From Azolla caroliniana (taxonomy: Eukaryota; Plantae; Polypodiophyta), in assembly GCA_043228905.1 (NCBI GenBank), contig JBHGNT010000949.1:1-13484 (forward strand): DNA of 13,484 nt, given 5' to 3'. Within the stretch, counting starts at the first letter, position 1. Every line of letters begins with the position of its first letter. The position numbers were made by a program, and so were the translations under genes. Below are positions 1-10,810 of this stretch, one piece after another. Under the pieces are notes generated by a model. That model made no database searches and was not told the DNA's origin. It saw only the letters and a program-made list of their open reading frames with translations.

Positions 1-359
1 CAATTTCTACAATTGCGCAGAGAGCATGAAGGATAAAATGCATAAAAAAAAGTAACATGATCCAGCTCTAAACTCATCATTTTAGCATGCTTCCACCATG
101 ACAACTTTCATCTAAAGAAGAGAAACTAGTATATAAGTAGTGTTTATGGCTAGAAATGTGATCATCACATTTGCTACGTTATCATGGTTGCTGCATGTTT
201 ACTAGTATCATGCAAAATACGTTTGGGGCTTAGATTTATAGGAATGATGTGATCCCTACGCACAACAAGTATTATTCCGCTATGTGGATGTGAAGAAGCT
301 TCACCAAGATATCAAACACCAAAAGTCAAGATTACACATTTTACAAGGTATATTGCATA

Positions 360-725
360 TGCACATACAATATGTAATAGTGATCACAAGTGCACATATA
401 ATTTGAGTAGTGAAACATCATATTCATATCAAGGTTAGGGCTATGGTTGTAGCATGAGGATGTGATCTATTTGTTGTCTTTACCAACGTACAAATAGATA
501 TCACTAGCAAACAAGTCCCGCCAAAAAACTCACGTTGCACCAACAAACATCTTATTTCAAGTGGATAATGTTTTATGGACTAAAGCTATTATATCATGAC
601 ATGGGAAAGGTTAAGGGATATGTGTGTAACCACGTTAATGACTCAAATGTATGGTTAACAAATGGGTTGGCAAGTTCTAATGCATCTTGTTGTGGTAGTT
701 GAATGGAACTAAATACACATCTCTC
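360..725 (-). pseudogene. Possible Ulp1/C48-like peptidase relic (DNA-transposon associated)
   Basis: Minus strand DVYLVPFNYHNKMH*NL (~721-671; TAG one base from Trp), then HTFESL in another frame and a later TQ...TCDHY. The order resembles the P.N...HW.L / DSL / Q....CG motifs. Several frameshifts are required, so support is weak. Confidence 0.25.
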
Positions 726-1539
726 TTGAGTGATGTTGCACATCAGGAAAATACAGTTAAGCTCCATGTAAGATAAGGACCCCATCATGAGAATGTCCTT
801 GCATGAATATACATATGCTTAATGTGTCTTAAAAGCTTATCTAAAACATATTTTCAAAGCACTTGATCAAAACAACACATGATTTTGCATCTACATCATA
901 TTAAAGGTTCTTTATGTAGAATACCCAAATCCTTTGTGCCTTCCCACAATTTGAGGAGAACTACGCACTAGGTATGTTTTTGCTAACCTTCAACCACACG
1001 CACTTGCAACTATATTTATTGAAATACATATCTGGGGAGATTAAGTTACTCTTCTCATAGCAATAATATTATGAAGTTAGTGGTTATGAGCGTTATGGAA
1101 TTCAAATTTGTGATAATCTGGATCCATCCTAAATTTAATGATCAACAAATATTCTTTCTCCATTCTTACTCTATCTTTGTGGGTATAATGTGTTATGGTT
1201 CCTATCACCTAATTTAGTGAGTTCTATGAAGAGTACATAATATTAAGGTTAAATGTCATTGAGAAAAACATTTTCAGTGCATAGTCTAAAAGTAATATCG
1301 AAACAATGGATCAAAAATATGAAGTGTCACTTTTAAATGTGAACTCGAGTTTACTTGTGTCTTAGAAATTTAAAGATTTCGATTGGAATATGTATATAGC
1401 TCATCCGTGTCACTTTTAAGTAACTTTGTTTGTACTAATGAAAAACATGATTTCATTTTACAATTTTCCTAAAATAAAGAGAATTAAAGGGTATGATCAA
1501 TTTCAAAGAGACCATATAAATTCTCACATGCATCAAACT

Positions 1540-1950
1540 ATGCTTCATCGTTACATTGAGGCTAATACAATATACTTGTGTGATGCGTTAGCATTCTCGA
1601 ACAAGCAAGTGATTGCATTTAGGAAACATGATCCTTTATCACGTACTAACTCTAATGGACAATCAAAGTGCACAATTATGTTCCACACAAAAATTGGGTT
1701 GTGTCTCACTGTCTTGTGCATCACTCTTTTAGCAAGCTTTGACTTTAGCCCACTTTGTGCAATATTCCACGGTAGTAATGATGTCATGATTTTGATTAAA
1801 TGTTGTGTTGGTTGGTCAAAGGAAATCTATTCCCCATTTCTCGAATGCCTGGCAAGCTATGACTTGTTATAGGAGGTTCTTATCAACCTTTAATGGGTGT
1901 TTATCGCATTTACACTCATGAAAATGTTTGTGTATTTGTAAATGTCTTCG
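1540..1950 (-). pseudogene. Degenerate Ty3/Gypsy integrase (end of zinc-binding region plus rve catalytic core)
   Basis: Manual minus-strand translation: QVIACQAFEKWGIDFL*PT (FEKWGIDF at 1845-1822), IITTVEYCTKWAKVKAC, then after a frameshift FVWNIIVHFDCPLELVRDKGSCFLN (inside listed ORF 1551..1787) and PQCN. This follows the Gypsy rve order PFxxWGIDFVGP / IxxxDYxTKWxEA / IIxRFGxPxxLVSDxGxxF / YPQxNG. Multiple stops and frameshifts. Confidence 0.85.
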
Positions 1951-2310
1951 AAATGCATCAATCACCTCAAGTTGGGTTGGAGATAATGAATTGAGATTCC
2001 TTGAAGGGGCCAACACAAGTACTCATACCTTCGAGGGACACTTTCCAATTATCACTATCGAGTCTCAAGGGGTCACCTTTCTCACAATGGGTTAATTGAA
2101 ATTTTGGTAGATGTCACTCCCCAATGGCAAAGACTACAATGTACACCATACATCAAGACATATTACTTATTTCTCCACTCCATGCCACGGTGGAAGCTTG
2201 AAAGCCTTCTTAATTTGTTAACTTAAATTAAACACAAATATAATCACTACATTATTTAAGAATCATGTTTATCTTTATTAATATATATTTACCACATAAG
2301 AAACATATAA

Positions 2311-2558
2311 GGGAAAAGTACAAGGATACCCCTGGAAGTTTGTCTATATTACCAGAATGCCCCTGGAAGTTCCAAATTTACCAAACTACCCTTATGTCCA
2401 AAAAATACACTTTATAAAGTAATTATACACTCAAATCTTTGGTAAATAGGGCTAGTTCAGGTCCATTTCTTCCATCTTTGGTAAATAGGGCTTGTAGATT
2501 TGAGTGTATAATTACTTTATAAAGTGTAATTTTTTGGACATAGGGGTAGTTTGGTAAA
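2311..2558. mobile_element. Mutator (MULE)-like non-autonomous foldback element / MITE, right end truncated
   Basis: Near-perfect inverted repeat 2377-2438 vs 2496-2558 (1 substitution, 1 single-base indel). The left end starts GGGAAAAGTACAAGGATACCCCT, resembling plant MULE TIR starts, with subrepeat CCCCTGGAAGTT twice. 19-bp direct repeat ATCTTTGGTAAATAGGGCT at 2435-2453 and 2474-2492. No TSD found; superfamily assignment is inference. Confidence 0.6.
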
Positions 2559-2559
2559 C

Positions 2560-2870
2560 CATACATAAAAAAGGGAGTGATATGGTGGTTATATAGTGTC
2601 TAAAAATTGTGCCTAAGCTTCTTTTTTCTTGTGGAGTAGTTTCGTTTTGGTTGGGTTAAGTTGATGACTAGAGAATGTGATAGTGACATTGAAATTTCTA
2701 TCTCGAACTTGACCAAATACCATGCCAACCACAAAGATAGATGTGTAGGTGTGAATACAATACTTTTTATCTCAACCTAATGACCCAATGCTTGTTTCTC
2801 TCTCGAGGCATTCTCTCATTAATTCAAAGAAATTTGTGCAACTATTAGCCCACTTAAATTCATTACATGG
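2560..2870 (-). pseudogene. Degenerate Ty3/Gypsy RT connection and RNase H region, probably the same element as the integrase relic
   Basis: Minus strand from 2858: FKWANSCTNFFELMRECL...DKKYCIHTYTSIFVVGMVFGQ...ITFSSHQLNPT, frameshift, RNYSTRKKEA (2644 downward), then FRHYI (2604-2590). Matches FxWxxxCxxAFxxLK..HTDAS..VGxVLxQ..IxFASRxLxxAERNYSTTExE..FRHYL. RNase H lying upstream of integrase is the Gypsy domain order. Confidence 0.8.
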
Positions 2871-3211
2871 TCCATAAATTGACCAGTGTGTTGGCATAAG
2901 TTACTTCCATTGAGCGTACGTCTTCATTTCAATGGTCGAGATCATATGTCGAGGCCAAACTATCACATAAAATCTTTATGGTGAATAAGAAGAGAGTGCT
3001 CATTGGGCATTCTCAAGCTACAAACCTTGTAAACCAAGACTTAGTGAACTCTCATTCTCCTAACTCGTTTATTGTTCCTAACTAAGAAACTAAATGTAGC
3101 CTTAATGTTATGTATACCATATATACACTAACAAGAACAAAACCACACTTAGTAAGTTAAGACACTACATAACAAATACAAAGAGATCAATGTTTGGCTC
3201 TCAGTACTTAA

Positions 3212-3496
3212 CACCTAATATTGTTAGAGTATGAGAGAGACTCCTCTAGCATAATTGAAACCCGGGAGCTTTTTGATGAATTATTGTTGGTTGGAGGTGT
3301 GGTACAATGGACTTCCATGTTATTGGGCTAAACTAAGCACAATAAGAACGAGTATGCTACACAACTCTATCCTCAAATACTTGTGCAAGGTCTCTTACCT
3401 AATATGATGACATTTTCTGGTATGAAAGCAAGTGGCAACATGGGAGATTTGGTAGTACATATTGAAATGAAATTAGATTTTGAGATGGATCTCAGT
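3212..3496 (+). pseudogene. PLS-class pentatricopeptide repeat (PPR) gene fragment
   Basis: Frame from 3248: SIIETRELFDELLLVGGVVQWTSMLLG*TKHNKNEYATQLYPQILVQGLLPNMMTFSGMKASGNMGDLVVHIEMKLDFEMDLS*. This matches the PLS array CGSxxxARxLFD..DVVSWTAMIxGYxxHG..ALxLFxxMxxxGxxPNxxTF..LKACG. TAA at 3329-3331 replaces the conserved Tyr. Confidence 0.8.
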
Positions 3497-4241
3497 TAAA
3501 TGAAGGATCCATGGCTAGTAGTAGCCATTGTCTTACACAAGACAGGCTTGGGAAGGATAGTCACTTCCTTTCCATCTATTTTGTAGGTTGTAGCTTTTAT
3601 GCCTTTTTTAAAACTAATGGAAGGATATTTTGTTTTGAAAAAACATAGATCTAAAGGGAGATAAAGTTCAAGGAGAACTAAAAGGTTATGAAGTGACCTT
3701 TATAATCCTTTACAAAAGTATGGGCCCCTTTCACATGGTTATTTAGTTTATACAAACGTTGCTCACATTAGTAAAAGGAGGACACACCCTCCAATACTAA
3801 TTTAAATGACAGTAGCAACTATATAAGCAAGTTCATACCCTATATTTACGAGGTTGGTTGATGCTTGCAACCGCATTGAAAGGTTCAAAGTTCAAACATA
3901 GCGCACGCGTCTATGAGCCAAATTGGTATTTTGGTCTCACATCAAAAGACAATGTTGGACCCTAATTTTGTACACTTTTGGATGAAGTTTACTAGCTTCA
4001 CAAAATGAGGAGCGAGGTGTAATTGAATAACCCAACTATTCTCTCCAAAACAATATGCAAAAGCCACGATTCAAGATTGCATACATTGAACAAATGGCCT
4101 CTATAATAGGTGCGACGAAGGTGATACAATGACATATGAAAATTTAAATAATGAATCGTTCCATTCAAAATTGCATAACCCCACCCAACAAAACTTCCTA
4201 ATCCCTAGTTAATGTCAAACCTTCAAGTATGAATGTATGAT

Positions 4242-5068
4242 TGTTATGAGGTTTGACGACTCAATGAAGAGGTTGCAGACACCTACCAAGCCGACCACGA
4301 AAGTCGGGGTATATTTTTGTACTTTTTGAAGATCCCTTCTCTTTAGTTTATGTGTGTGCATGTATTTTGTTTATGTTTGATGTGACCATGAGTGTGTGAA
4401 CGAATCTCAATATAAATATGAGTTTGTTATGCACTTATAGGTGTGAATCTATGCGCAAAATTGTGTGTATATTGTGTTAAGTACTTGTATATAGCACAAC
4501 CCATGAAGACATTGACATCAACATTGGTACTAAAAACTAAGTGTAGGATCGAGAAAATGAGGATAAAACAAAGTTGGTTCTAGAGCTTTAGGCCTAATGG
4601 TCAATGGTCACCCCAATGTTAAAAGAGACAACCTTTTTGTCGGTGAGCTATAATTGTCACGTTTGTGTGTTTTCTTCTTCTTGAATTCTTAGTCTTAAAC
4701 CCCTTTTTCAATCCAAGCAAGATCTCTCTCTCTCTCTCTCTCATATTTTGTATAAGTCGAGTGCTTAGTGTTAAGCGCTACTTAGCCAAACACCAATCAA
4801 TCCTTTTTATTCTATATATTGTGTGCATATTATGTATGTTTATTATTTAAGTGTTTAATCTCTTTGTTGGTGTTTAGTACCTCATGTATCTAGCATTAGT
4901 ACCTATTAAGGTATTAACTAGCTCTTCAGCGAGATACTTAGCACATCTACGAGATACAAGTGAGGGTTTGCGGGTTAGGGTTATTGAAGTTAGTGGCTTG
5001 AGAGTGTTTAAAGCACTTTCACTCAATTGGCCACCAATAGGGTATATGGTGGTCCAAACCCCTCAACA
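4242..5068 (+). mobile_element. Possible solo LTR
   Basis: Begins TGTTATGAGGTTTGA and ends CCAAACCCCTCAACA (TG...CA, imperfect terminal inverted repeat with 11/15 matches). Non-coding, with an internal (TC)10. No matching 4-5 bp TSD (ATGAT vs TACTA) and no clear PBS or PPT, so support is weak. Confidence 0.3.
4723..4742. repeat. (TC)10 microsatellite
   Basis: Read directly from the sequence. Confidence 0.95.
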
Positions 5069-5125
5069 TACTATTTTGGCAAAGAGAGAGAACTCCGACT
5101 AAAACGAATATGTATACTTGGTGCA

Positions 5126-5150
5126 ATATATATATATATATATATATGTG

Positions 5151-5182
<32 letters not shown>

Positions 5183-5485
5183 GAGAGAGAGAGAGAGAGA
5201 GAGAGAAGTCAATATGTGTTTTCTTTTAAGTGTGTACGTGTGTGCGTGCACGCATTCACACAAACATTGACATAAATAATATAATGGGGTTGTGTGTATG
5301 TATTCTCATGTGTATGTGCATGTAATGGTAGAAATAAGTGTGTTTGCATATGATTATGTTTATATCATATATGTGCGAGTGGGTGTGTTTGGATACGAAT
5401 ATGTGAGTAGACATGTGTGCATGATTATAATCGTAGTTGTGCAATGTGTGTATGTGATAGTTTATGTGTGTCTATATGTGAGTGT
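5126..5485. repeat. Compound microsatellite (AT)11-(TATG)n-(GA)12 followed by degenerate TG/TA-rich low-complexity DNA
   Basis: (AT)11 at 5126-5147, TATG run at ~5155-5182, (GA)12 at 5183-5206, then decayed TGTA/TGTG repeats to ~5485. Confidence 0.9.
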
Positions 5486-6122
5486 ACCAAATTTGGTCCT
5501 TTACTTTGAATCCATCAAGCACATGGTCTATAATTCTTCCTGAAACAAGTAATTTCAAGTTGGGAGGTCGATTATAATTGAATCTCTATGATGGTCATAG
5601 ATCTCGTAATTATAATAAGTTTCAATGAAAATAAATCCAAATCTATGCTAATTTTACTATATTTGAACTTTTGATATTTTACAATATAATAACTCTTACC
5701 ATGAGAACTCGGTTCAGAATATATATTTGAACCCATTTATATTGTAATGTGCAAGATTGAAGTGAGGAAATATTAGCATTAGACGAAATTTGGGGGGGTA
5801 TCGTTGAGTTTCAACATGGCTAGCCAATGATCGACAACAAAATTGTCTTCGTTATCATAAGCCTCCCACGCACCTTCGTGATCCCATTTGTTGCAAAGTA
5901 GGGCTTGATTCCCAAAACTTGAGAACTTGACTATGAGCTCTATTACCTATCATTTGGGAGATCTCTTGTTATATAAAAATAGTAATATCACCTTTCACCC
6001 ATTCACTGCATGCTCTTCCCTTTTGAACATGCACTTGTTCTTATCCTTGTATTGGTGCTTGGTTTCAATAAAAAGCATGTGAACATATTCACGTTTAATG
6101 TTGCATATTTTTTTATCATCAT

Positions 6123-9100
6123 TGGTACACATGGTGGGCTCCTGCTCACGACGTGTTAGAAAGGAGAGGTGGAGTGTGTATTTCGGTGAGGAAATCAGCG
6201 GATATCATCATCTTGGATCATGGCATATTGATCGAAGGTAGGGCTATGTTTTGCTACTTGGAATGGAGGAATGTAAAATTTGGGGTGCTGAATGTCTACG
6301 CACCTAACATTAGCAATGAGAGGACCTCATTTTGGAGACTGTTGGCAAACAAAATTCCCTCCGTCGACAATTGGATAGTGGCAGGGGATTTTAACATGAC
6401 AGAGAGAGTGGAAGATTGTCTTGGGGCTCATTCGAACTTGCTACATGGGGAGGAGTTTAGAGCGTGGGGTTTCTTAACTTCTATGTTGGGAATCCGAGAC
6501 TCGTGGTATTCTACTATGGCAGTTGAGGTGAATTCCTTAAGGTTCTCACGATTTGGCTAGAAGGAGAGTGAAGGATGTCACTCTAGATTGGACCGCATCT
6601 ATGTGAGCCCCGGGATAGAGGAATGGAGTGGCTTCTCATCCATTCTTGCTGGTTTTACTTATTCGGATCACCTTCCAGTATCCTTGACTCTTGAACCTAT
6701 TTATAAGAAGAAGAGTGAGAGCAATGTGAGGATTCCTCCGAAGATTTTCGGTATCCAAAAGGTTAAGGATGCAATGAATACCATTTGGACGGCATCCCCA
6801 TCAGCCCACGACCCGATACAGGTACTAGAGGAAAATATTATTAATTCTTCTTTGTTTCTTCAGAAAGTGGCTAGGGAGGAGTTGTTAAGGTGTCAATACC
6901 GTCTGCAATGCCTAAGGAAGGCAGTCATCTCAGCTCAAAAGCTCACGCAAGTGGACCCATGTTGTGCTTGGGCGAAAGACAGGCTGCAGGAGGCCACTAG
7001 GTTGCTGCAGGAGGTTAGACAGCAACGTGAGCAATTCCTCTTCAGAAAGTCAGCAGAATGGTGGGCTGTCAAGGGAGATAAAGTTAACAGGGAATTTTTT
7101 CTTGCCAAGACTCTGAAACAGAGAGGAACACATATTCATAGTCTCAAACGGGAGGATGATTCAATGACATTTGATCAAGAGGAAATCTTGCAAATGGCGA
7201 CTAATTACTACAGAGACCTTTTAGCTCCTACGTTGACAAACGACCCTCCGAGTAACCTGATGCATGGTGTAATTACATGCTTGAAAACCAGGATTGGAGA
7301 AGCAGCTAAAGCGCAGTTGTCAAAAGCCATAGAGGAGGAAGAGATTGTAGCGGGGCTAGATAAGATACAGAGTATGGCTTGTCCTGGTGCTGACAGTCTT
7401 CCCAAAGCCTTCTTCAAGGAGTTTTGGGAGCAAATTTTTCCAAGCTTGAAAGCTGGACTGCAAGAGATGTGGAGAACGGGACGGATGCCGAGTAGCTTCA
7501 ATGAAGGCTTGATCTACTTGATTCCGAAATCGGAGACTACGCTGCACGAGATTAAGCAATGGAGGCCCATTACAATTTTAAACCTAATTTATAAAAATTT
7601 TGCTAACATATTAGTGCAGAGAATCAAGCCCTTCCTAGGTGATATCATCCAATCCAATCAAACTGGTTTCATGGAGCATCGTTCTATTATGGACAACGTG
7701 ATTTTGTTTTGGGAGGCTGTTGCAACGGCGAAGGTGACCAATCAAAACTTAGCCTGTCTGATGCTCGACTTCGAGAAAGCCTATGATCGAGTGCAATGGT
7801 CTTTCTTGGAAGAAGTGATGAAGGTCATTGAGCTACCATTGGAATGGAGGTGTGCTGCCCAAGCCTTATATAGGAATGGCTCGAGTAAGGTGCTGATTGC
7901 AGGGAGGAAAGGAGCTCAAATCATTCTTACTCGATCCATCAGGCAGGGTTGTCCTCTTGCCCCCTTTCTTTTCCTTTTTATTACTGAAGCAATGTCTGCC
8001 CTTTTTAATAGCCAAGGGGCAAATCTTCATGGTCTTTCGATCCCTAATGCAAGGAAGTCCCTGTTGGATTCGGAGTTCGCGGACGATACGATGTTATACC
8101 TCCAAGGAAATGAAGCGAATCTTGAGAGGGCACAGAGTGCTATTGAGCTCTTTTGCAAGGCATCGGGAGCGTCCATTAATTGGAAGAAGTCCAAGGGTTT
8201 TTGGATCAGCTTGGAGCCCGAGCCTGTTTGGAATCCAAATGCTGAATTCAAATGGATTGCAAATGGGGAAGCCACTAGGTATCTGGGAACGTGGATTGGG
8301 GTAGATATCGACAAGGGAATTCAACTGCAACATATTCAAAGCAAAATCTGTGACAAAATTCGCAACTGGTCAGGGATGAACTTATCATTGGCTGGCAGGA
8401 TCATAGTAGCTAACCATGTGCTTTTGTCTACATTATGGCATGCAGTTTCAGTGTGGATGTTTTACAAGCAAGCTATTCGTACTGTTAAAGCGTGTATTAG
8501 GGGATTTCTTTGGGCGGGGATGAGGAAAGACAATGCGGCAGCCAAAGTATCATGGTCTACATTGATTCTTCCCAAGAGTAAGGGGGGTTTAGGATTGGTT
8601 GACCCTGGATTGCAGAGTCAGGCATTGTTATGTAATATATTGGTAAGAAGCTTGCTACCCGGTGATGAGTTATGGAAAACATTGATACATAATAGGAGCA
8701 TTCTATGGAGTCCAAGACTGGGTGGGCAATGGAAGTCACACAAAGCGTGGCCTTTTTGCATGGACTTAAAATTGAGGAAATCTAACCGATTGGCTGATCA
8801 TACTTGTATGTCAGTGATGCAGGCGTGGAGTATGCTTCGTGGGCATCTAAGTCGGAATCGTCCAAGTACTAGTGCTGAATGGATGTGCCAACCCCTATCG
8901 TGGAACGAGACCGTGCAATCGCCAAAAGGAATGATGCTTGGACAAAGCAAGCGCATGTCGTGGGCTATATTGCATTGTCTAGGGATACACTCGGTGGCTG
9001 ATTGGCTGCGGTTGTCCGGCAATAATCGTGATCAATTATATGAAGACATGGGAAAGGTCAGAAATGGCAGAAAGATGCTTGACGTAGTCAATACAGCTGT

Positions 9101-10214
9101 CTCCTCGCTTCCTATTGGTAATGAGGAAGAGGGTGAATGGTCTGGACAATGTGATGGTACCAGAAATATTATCAATGTCAGGGGTCTAGGAAAGAGTGGG
9201 AAGACCGTCCCGATGGGATTATTAGATGAAAGTGCAGGCTGGTACCCTATTAGAATTGTGGCAAGACACGGAAAGAAATGGAGGGTGAATCCACCAGTCG
9301 AAGAGGTCGAGGAGGATTGGATCTTGTACGTGGTTGAAGGCAAGCCTCTCGAGCGCGTAGAATGGGATCTCGCTGAATATAGGTGGAAGGGAGAACAAGC
9401 TAAATCACTAGGTTTCTTCAAATACTCGACGCGCTTGGGGAGAAAGTTAGGTTCGTATCGTGAGAAATGTGCCAACAAGTGGACCCATGCAGCTATTGAT
9501 TCAGTCTTCGTGGATAGAACCAGGAGCAGGATATGGAACTCATCCCTTCCCGAGCGGATCAAAGTGTTTTTCTGGTTAATCACCCATCGGGTTGTTCCAA
9601 CAGGAGAGTGGCTTGGGAATAGAGGCGGCATGAGTGGTTGCAAGGCGTGTAGTGCGAGCTTGGAGGACATCGCTCATTGTTTGTGGTGTTGCCCACGAGC
9701 GCAAGAAATCTGGCTGAGGAGCTTAAGAATCTTGGCTCGTTTTGGGGTTGAGGTTCATGTATCGAGCGCAGCAATCACTTGGCTGGCCACTGAATCGGCC
9801 TCGTGGTTTCAAGGGTGGGATGGAAACAGTCCTTCTTTAATGGTAAAGCAAGGATCTGTGCAACCAGCAATGCAAGGAGGTTTATTCTTCTTACAGGAAC
9901 GCTACGTGGACATATGGGTATTAGTGGTCGGCCTTACGGTCTGGCAAGTGTGGGTATCTCGGTGCAAGGAGACCCTCGCAGGTAAACGAACCCCACTGGT
10001 TGAGAATTTAATGATGATCTGGTTTAATCTTATTTCTACGTTGCGAGGTGAGTTTGAAAGTCTTCAAGGGCCATCTGATGCAAGTGAAGAAGCTAGAGCT
10101 CGATTCCTTCGGAAATGGAGCGGTTCGTCGATGCTACAGATAATGGATGGTAAAGTGAAGTGGAATTATCAACCACCGCGGTGGCTGTTCCCTCCAAGTG
10201 TTCCTAACATCTAG
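6123..10214 (+). pseudogene. L1 ORF2p: AP endonuclease + reverse transcriptase + C-terminal zinc finger (zf-RVT), interrupted by one TAG
   Basis: ORFs 6153..6560 and 6588..10214 are in the same frame, separated by TAG at 6558-6560. APE motifs: NVYAPN, AGDFN, SRLDRIYVS, SDHLPV. RT motifs: WRPITILN, QTGF, LDFEKAYDRV, IRQGCPLAPFLF, FADD (8076-8087), RYLG. Zinc finger CKAC-x8-H-x4-C at 9639-9692. Confidence 0.95.
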
Positions 10215-10468
10215 ATGGGTGCTGCCATGAGGAGCGAATGGAGGACATCTATGCTGAATTCTGTTTTGTATGAGGCTCACGTGGAGAATAGGTGTTCGAG
10301 TAATGCTATACACATAGAATGATGTGGTGTTTTGGAGTTGTTTTTTTATGTTGTTTCATCTACACATTGTTTTCCTTTGACATGCAAGATGTCTTGTAAG
10401 ATATGAGTTGTAAATGATTCCTTTGTACATTCTTAACTAATGGAAGTAGATGTTTTTGGAAAAAAAAA
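6123..10468 (+). mobile_element. L1-clade LINE (non-LTR retrotransposon), 5'-truncated within the endonuclease domain, no ORF1
   Basis: Composition shifts to higher GC at ~6123. ORF2 has APE, RT and CCHC domains, followed by a ~245 bp T-rich 3' UTR (10215-10459) and an A9 tail at 10460-10468. No TSD identified, so the 5' boundary is approximate. Confidence 0.93.
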
Positions 10469-10662
10469 TATAGATCACCTCTTTTACCATCAATTGCCTT
10501 TAGCAAGTATTGAACACTTCACCCTTTTGTTCTAAAATTAGCTCTTACCATTGTTGTTGACTTCTTCTTTTTTACATTTCCTTTTGATAATGACCAAAAT
10601 CCCAACCTATTATAAAACTTGACTTTGTTGGCTCTTTTCTGCTGTCACATGTACCATATCAT

Positions 10663-10810
10663 GAGGTCAAAAACCATAATGACTAAATGCATGGACTACT
10701 CACCTTTTGATGCCAATGATGTTAGTTTCACATTCCTTGTAAAGGTAAACATTGTCAACACTCTAACAATATTTGATACATGAGTGGGACTATTATCAAA
10801 TACACCACTT
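10663..10810 (+). repeat. Direct repeat copy 1 (~150 bp) on the left flank of the Penelope-like insertion
   Basis: GAGGTCAAAAACCATAATGAC...TCAAATACACC-ACTT aligns by eye to 12089-12238 with 3 substitutions and 2 single-base indels. Confidence 0.97.

Noticed and set aside
1426-1872. 148-aa plus-strand ORF
   Set aside because: Antisense shadow of the degenerate integrase; no recognisable motifs.
3660-3845. GPF-containing stretch resembling a Gypsy integrase C-terminus on the plus strand
   Set aside because: Only a 3-4 residue motif with many stops; no rve core found upstream.
4921-4930. Minus-strand CTGAAGA, and plus-strand CTGAAGA near 13108, as further hammerhead cores
   Set aside because: Neither is followed by a stem II plus GAAA.
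4972-4983. Telomere-like GGGTTAGGGTTA
   Set aside because: Only two units; expected by chance.
4665-5543. Cluster of short ORFs (61-83 aa)
   Set aside because: Translations of microsatellite/low-complexity or LTR-like DNA (YIYI, ERER, HTH, VYV runs).
6111-6124. TTTTATCATCATTG resembling TTTTACCATCAATTG at 10482-10496 as a LINE TSD
   Set aside because: The 3' match is 13 nt away from the A-tail, imperfect and low-complexity; the intervening bases do not match.
6558-6560. Programmed readthrough or ORF1/ORF2 boundary at the TAG
   Set aside because: The stop falls inside the APE domain between GDFN and RLDR; a simple point mutation explains it.
7208-9985. Alternative-frame and antisense ORFs inside the LINE, including the 212-aa ORF at 9032..9670
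   Set aside because: Expected by-products of a long, relatively GC-rich coding frame; no independent motifs.
10570-10625. Minus-strand gag zinc-knuckle-like trace (FYN..WDFGHYQ..C)
   Set aside because: Needs two frameshifts and two Cys substitutions in ~50 bp; too weak to call.
10784-10810. GTG start of the 207-aa ORF as a real PLE start codon
   Set aside because: It lies in the duplicated flank (next to the retropepsin DT* codons), so the fusion to the PLE frame appears fortuitous.
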